NCBI RefSeq assembly: GCF_009914755.1
Contig: NC_060930.1
Length of the DNA: 64,000 bases
Origin: the human T2T-CHM13v2.0 reference genome, Homo sapiens
Strand: one strand, 5' to 3'
The notes under the pieces were generated by a model that had not been told where the DNA came from, ran no database searches, and worked only from the letters and a program-made list of their open reading frames with translations. Of the stretch, positions 60,040 to 64,000 are shown piece by piece (the first letter of the stretch is position 1; every line of letters starts with the position of its first letter). The position numbers and the translations under genes were made by a program.

Positions 60040-61920
60040 TTTTTTAAGTAATTTCAACTTTTATTTTATATTCAGGGGTACATGTGCAGGTTTGTTACAT
60101 GGGCATACTGCATGATGCTGAGGTTTGAGATATGAGTGATCCTGCTACCTAGATAGTGAGCGTAGTTTCCATTAGTTTGTTTTTCAAACCTTGCCCTGCT
60201 CCCTCCCTCCCTCCTCTATTAGTCCACAGTGTCTACTGTTGCCATCTCTATGTCTACGAGTATCCAGAGTTTAGCTCCCACTTATAAATGAGAACATGTG
60301 GCATTTGGATTTCTGTCCCTGCATTAATTTGCTTAGGATAATGGCCTCCAGCTGCATCCACGTTGCTGCAAAGAATATACTTTCATTCTTTTTTATGGTT
60401 GTGTTATATTCCATGTTGTATATGTACTACATTTTCTTTAATCCACCACTGATGGGCACCTAGGTTGATTACATGTCTTTGCTATTGTAAATAGTGCTGT
60501 GTTGAACATACAAGTGCATAAGTCTTTTTGGTAGAAACATTTATTTTCTTTGGGATACATACCCAGTGAAGGGATTGCTCGATCAAATGGTAGTTCCGTT
60601 TTAAGTTCTTTGAGCAATCTTCAAACTGCTTTCCGCAGTGGCTGAACTAATTTACATTCCCACCAACAGTGTTTAAGCATTTCTTTTTCTCTGCAACTTT
60701 GCCCTCATGTGTTGGGTTTTCACCCTTTATTAATAGCCATTCTAACTGGTGTAAGATGGTATCTCATTGTGGGTTTGATTTGCATTTCTCTGATAATTAG
60801 TGTTGTGGAGCATTTTTTCATGTGTTTGCTGGCCACTTGTATGTCTTCCTTTGAGAAGTGTCTGTTCATGTCTTTTGCCCCTTTATAAAATGGGATTGTT
60901 TGGTTTTTGCTTGTTCAATTGTTTCAGATCCTTATAGATCCCGGATATTAGGCATTTGTCAGATTCATAGTTTGGAAAAATCTGCTATTCTGTAGCTTGT
61001 CAGTTTACTCTGTTGATAGTTTCTTTTGTTGTGCAGCTCTTTAGTTTAATTAGATCCCACTTGTCAATTTTTGTTTTTGTTGCAATTGCTTTTGAGGACT
61101 TAATCATAAATTATTTCCCAAGGTTAATGTCCAGAATGGTATTTCTTAAGTTTTCTTCTAGAATTCTTAGAGTTTGCGGTCTTATATTTAAATACTTAAT
61201 CCACTTTAAGTTAATTTTTGTATATGGTGAAAGCAGGTGTCCAATTTCATCGTTCTCCATGTGGTTAGCTGTCTATCCCAGCACCATTTATTGAATAGGG
61301 AGTCCTTTCTCCATTGCTTTTTTTTTGTCAATATAATTGAAGATCAGATGGCTGTAGGTGTGTGGTGTTATTTCTTGGTTCTCTACTTTGTTTCATTGGT
61401 CTCTGTTTCTCTTTTTGTACTAGTACTGTGATGTTTTGATTATTGTAAACTTATAGTTTGAAGTCAGGTAATGTGAGGTCTCCAGCTTTGTTCTTTTTTG
61501 CTTAGAATTGCTTTGGTATTTGGGCTCTTTTTTGGTTTCATATTAATTTTAAAATAGTTTTTTTCCTAGTTCTCTGAAAAATTATGTTGATAGCTTAGTA
61601 GAAGTATTGTTGAATATGTAGATTCTTTGGCCAGTATGACCACTTTAATGGTATTTATTCTTCCAGTCCATGAGCATGGAAAGTTTTTCCATTTGTTTGT
61701 GCCATCTATGATTTCTATCAGCAGTGTTTTGTAGTTCCACTTGTAGAGATCCTTCACCTCCTTGGTTAGGTGTATTCCTAGGTATTTTTTGCGTTGCTAT
61801 TGTAAATGGGATTGCATTCTTGATTTGGTTCTCATGTTGAACATTATGGGTGTATAGAAATGGAACCAATTTTTCTGTATTGATTTTGTAAACTGAAACT
61901 TTACTGAGGTTACTTATGAG
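60040..61920 (-). mobile_element. 5'-truncated older L1 (L1PA15/16-L1PB-like), ~1.9 kb
   Basis: 3' UTR 'ttcaggggtacatgtgcaggtttgttacatggg'; ORF2 remnants [28 protein letters not shown]. Confidence 0.93.
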
Positions 61921-64000
61921 TGTCATATACTGGGGATCTTCACAAATAATAACATAATGAAACAAAAACTCAACTAAGCATATAAAATAGGTCTCCTGGT
62001 AAGATAAGCTTTAAACATCCTGCCAGGTTTCTCTGTTTAGCAACTTAGATAGAAGGTCATCTGGGTAGAAAACTTTTTTGCCTCCTTCTAAAGCTCTTAA
62101 ATGATCATTTTTAGTTATAAAAATGCAAATCTAGGAGGTGTCATTTTCCCTTCTGAAACGTTTCTCTAGCTGAACCAGTGTTACTATTTTTACCATTCTT
62201 GTTTGGCACATTCCTGGAAGTCACAGGGTAAATCTTCCCTGGATTCAGGAGACCTTCTGGGTGAAAGTTTCAAACCTGACTCCATTTTGAGATTCAGTGG
62301 ATGGATGGGAGTGGCTGTGACTGTGATATGGGGGCAGAAAAGGACAATACAGGCCCCAGAGGAGAACGCCTTGTAGGGAGAGCAGAGCTTGGACTGGCCA
62401 TCTGAGTTTTTCAGCAAGCTCTGGCATTTTGTGGAGAAGGCTGGATGGCAGCAGAGTCCATGGCTGAAGCTGTACACACTCAGGGCTCAGTTACCCTGCC
62501 ATAATGCCATGACTGGGAGAGAAAAGCCAAGTCTGTGAGTCTAAACTAAAAAACCTATTTTTTTTTTTTTTTTTTACATCCAATTCTGGGCTATCACCAG
62601 GTCCTGTGCAGAGAACTGAACTAATAAGGACATTGTAGTAGACACAGTCCCACACACAGCACCATGAAAAGAGCCAGGCAAGAATATCACTTTCATTGAT
62701 TTGACACTCATTTTCTGATTCCCTCTGGCACTTGGAAATAGCCCTAATGCCTTTAAACTGAGTATGACTCCATGTGTCTTTAGAGTTTTCAGATGAGCAG
62801 TTTGAGAGGAAAATCCTGGACTGCCTATTTATGAGGCTCAATTGTAAAATGTGGGAAAGCAAACAACATGAACAAATAAACAATATATTTGAATTTCAAG
62901 GAGATATGTACAGTGATATACAGTTTACACAATTCTCTCCAGGCATGAGGGAGAGCCAGAGAGGCTAACAGACCTAAATGGTTGCTTTTATCCAAGTTTC
63001 TATTGCTCTCAGGACAGAAGAAACTAACCAGATAGAACCATCTGACATCAAAAAATATGCACCCAGTCTCTAGCTGGCATTAGCGATTTTTGTTTTCATC
63101 TAGACTTTTAAAAAACAGAATTCTAACCATTAAATGTGCAGAAAGTTAGACAGTCTCTTAATTTAGTTTCCTTAGCATGCTTAACTAATACCTTAATTCT
63201 ACATGAGGAGGAATGCCCAGTCTCCCACTTTTAAAGGGCCTAAGAAACGGTTGTCATTATGCTTTTCCTATCTACTTTAGCAAGGTTATATATTTGCCAA
63301 AATTTGTACCCTGTTCATTCCGAATCTTTACTTGACTGATTCATAGAAAATTGGTCTTAGCCTGGCTACTGAACTGTTTATGTTTTATTTAAGTATAAAA
63401 TTATAGTCCTCCAAGTAGCTCATTGTTACCTATGTTTACTGAATAATTACCTTGGTAAATGCAGCTCTCCCTTTTCAGACAATTAAACAAATATTTATAG
63501 AAATATAGAATGTACCCAATCTACGAAGCCTTAAAACTTAGCTAAATTTTAACAATTATTAGTAAAAGATGAATGTGTTCCAACGGCCCTTCTACTTCTT
63601 CCTCACCTACCTCCAATCTATGAGGATGATTCTTCTTTAGGGAAAAAGGAAATAAACTATCTGTGCACTTAATCAGGCTAGACCAGGCTATTTGGTAGCT
63701 GTCACTTGAAATAGATGTGATGTCACCTTTTTGTGAATAAATGAAAACATGCCCCTTAAATAAATGATAAACAGGAACCAGCAGCCATAGAGTATAAGGA
63801 GGAAGGTGAGGGGGAGAGGCAGGTGTAATAAAAATAAATAAATAAGTGAACCAAAAGGATTTTACAAAGTGCAATGATAAATCTCTCTGGGCTCTAGTTG
63901 TTGCGTTTATTTGAAAGACACGAAGCACCTTTTGGGTGCTCCTTAAACCATTTTATCTTTACCTGTGCACAGTTTGACAACGCTTTTTTACTTCAGGGAA

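Noticed and set aside
62190-63964. Minus-strand ORFs (95-130 aa) and donor-like sites near the window end
   Set aside because: No homology recognised and no coherent exon chain; the window edge limits assessment.

Overview
AT-rich primate (very likely human) non-coding genomic DNA dominated by interspersed repeats. These are Alus (J, S, Y and FLAM monomers), L1 fragments, one full-length L1PA4-like element (43837-49972, minus strand, 18-bp target-site duplication), MaLR/ERV solo LTRs, L2, MIR and Tigger-derived DNA transposons. I recognise no host protein-coding exon, RNA gene, CpG island or CRISPR array; the only real coding sequence is that of the L1. Repeat subfamily names and the boundaries of old elements come from remembered consensus sequences and are approximate. 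I found no convincing new biological system. The best-supported unusual observations are structural: a ~120-bp inverted local copy inserted between perfect 22-bp direct repeats inside an LTR (9173-9288 copied to 10183-10303), a 47-bp micro-inversion inside a MIR, and perfected hairpins next to an AT-rich minisatellite. The L1 is retrotransposition-dead but keeps a 309-aa ORF1 with an alternative start, a 260-aa endonuclease-only ORF2 and a nearly open, extended ORF0 frame.
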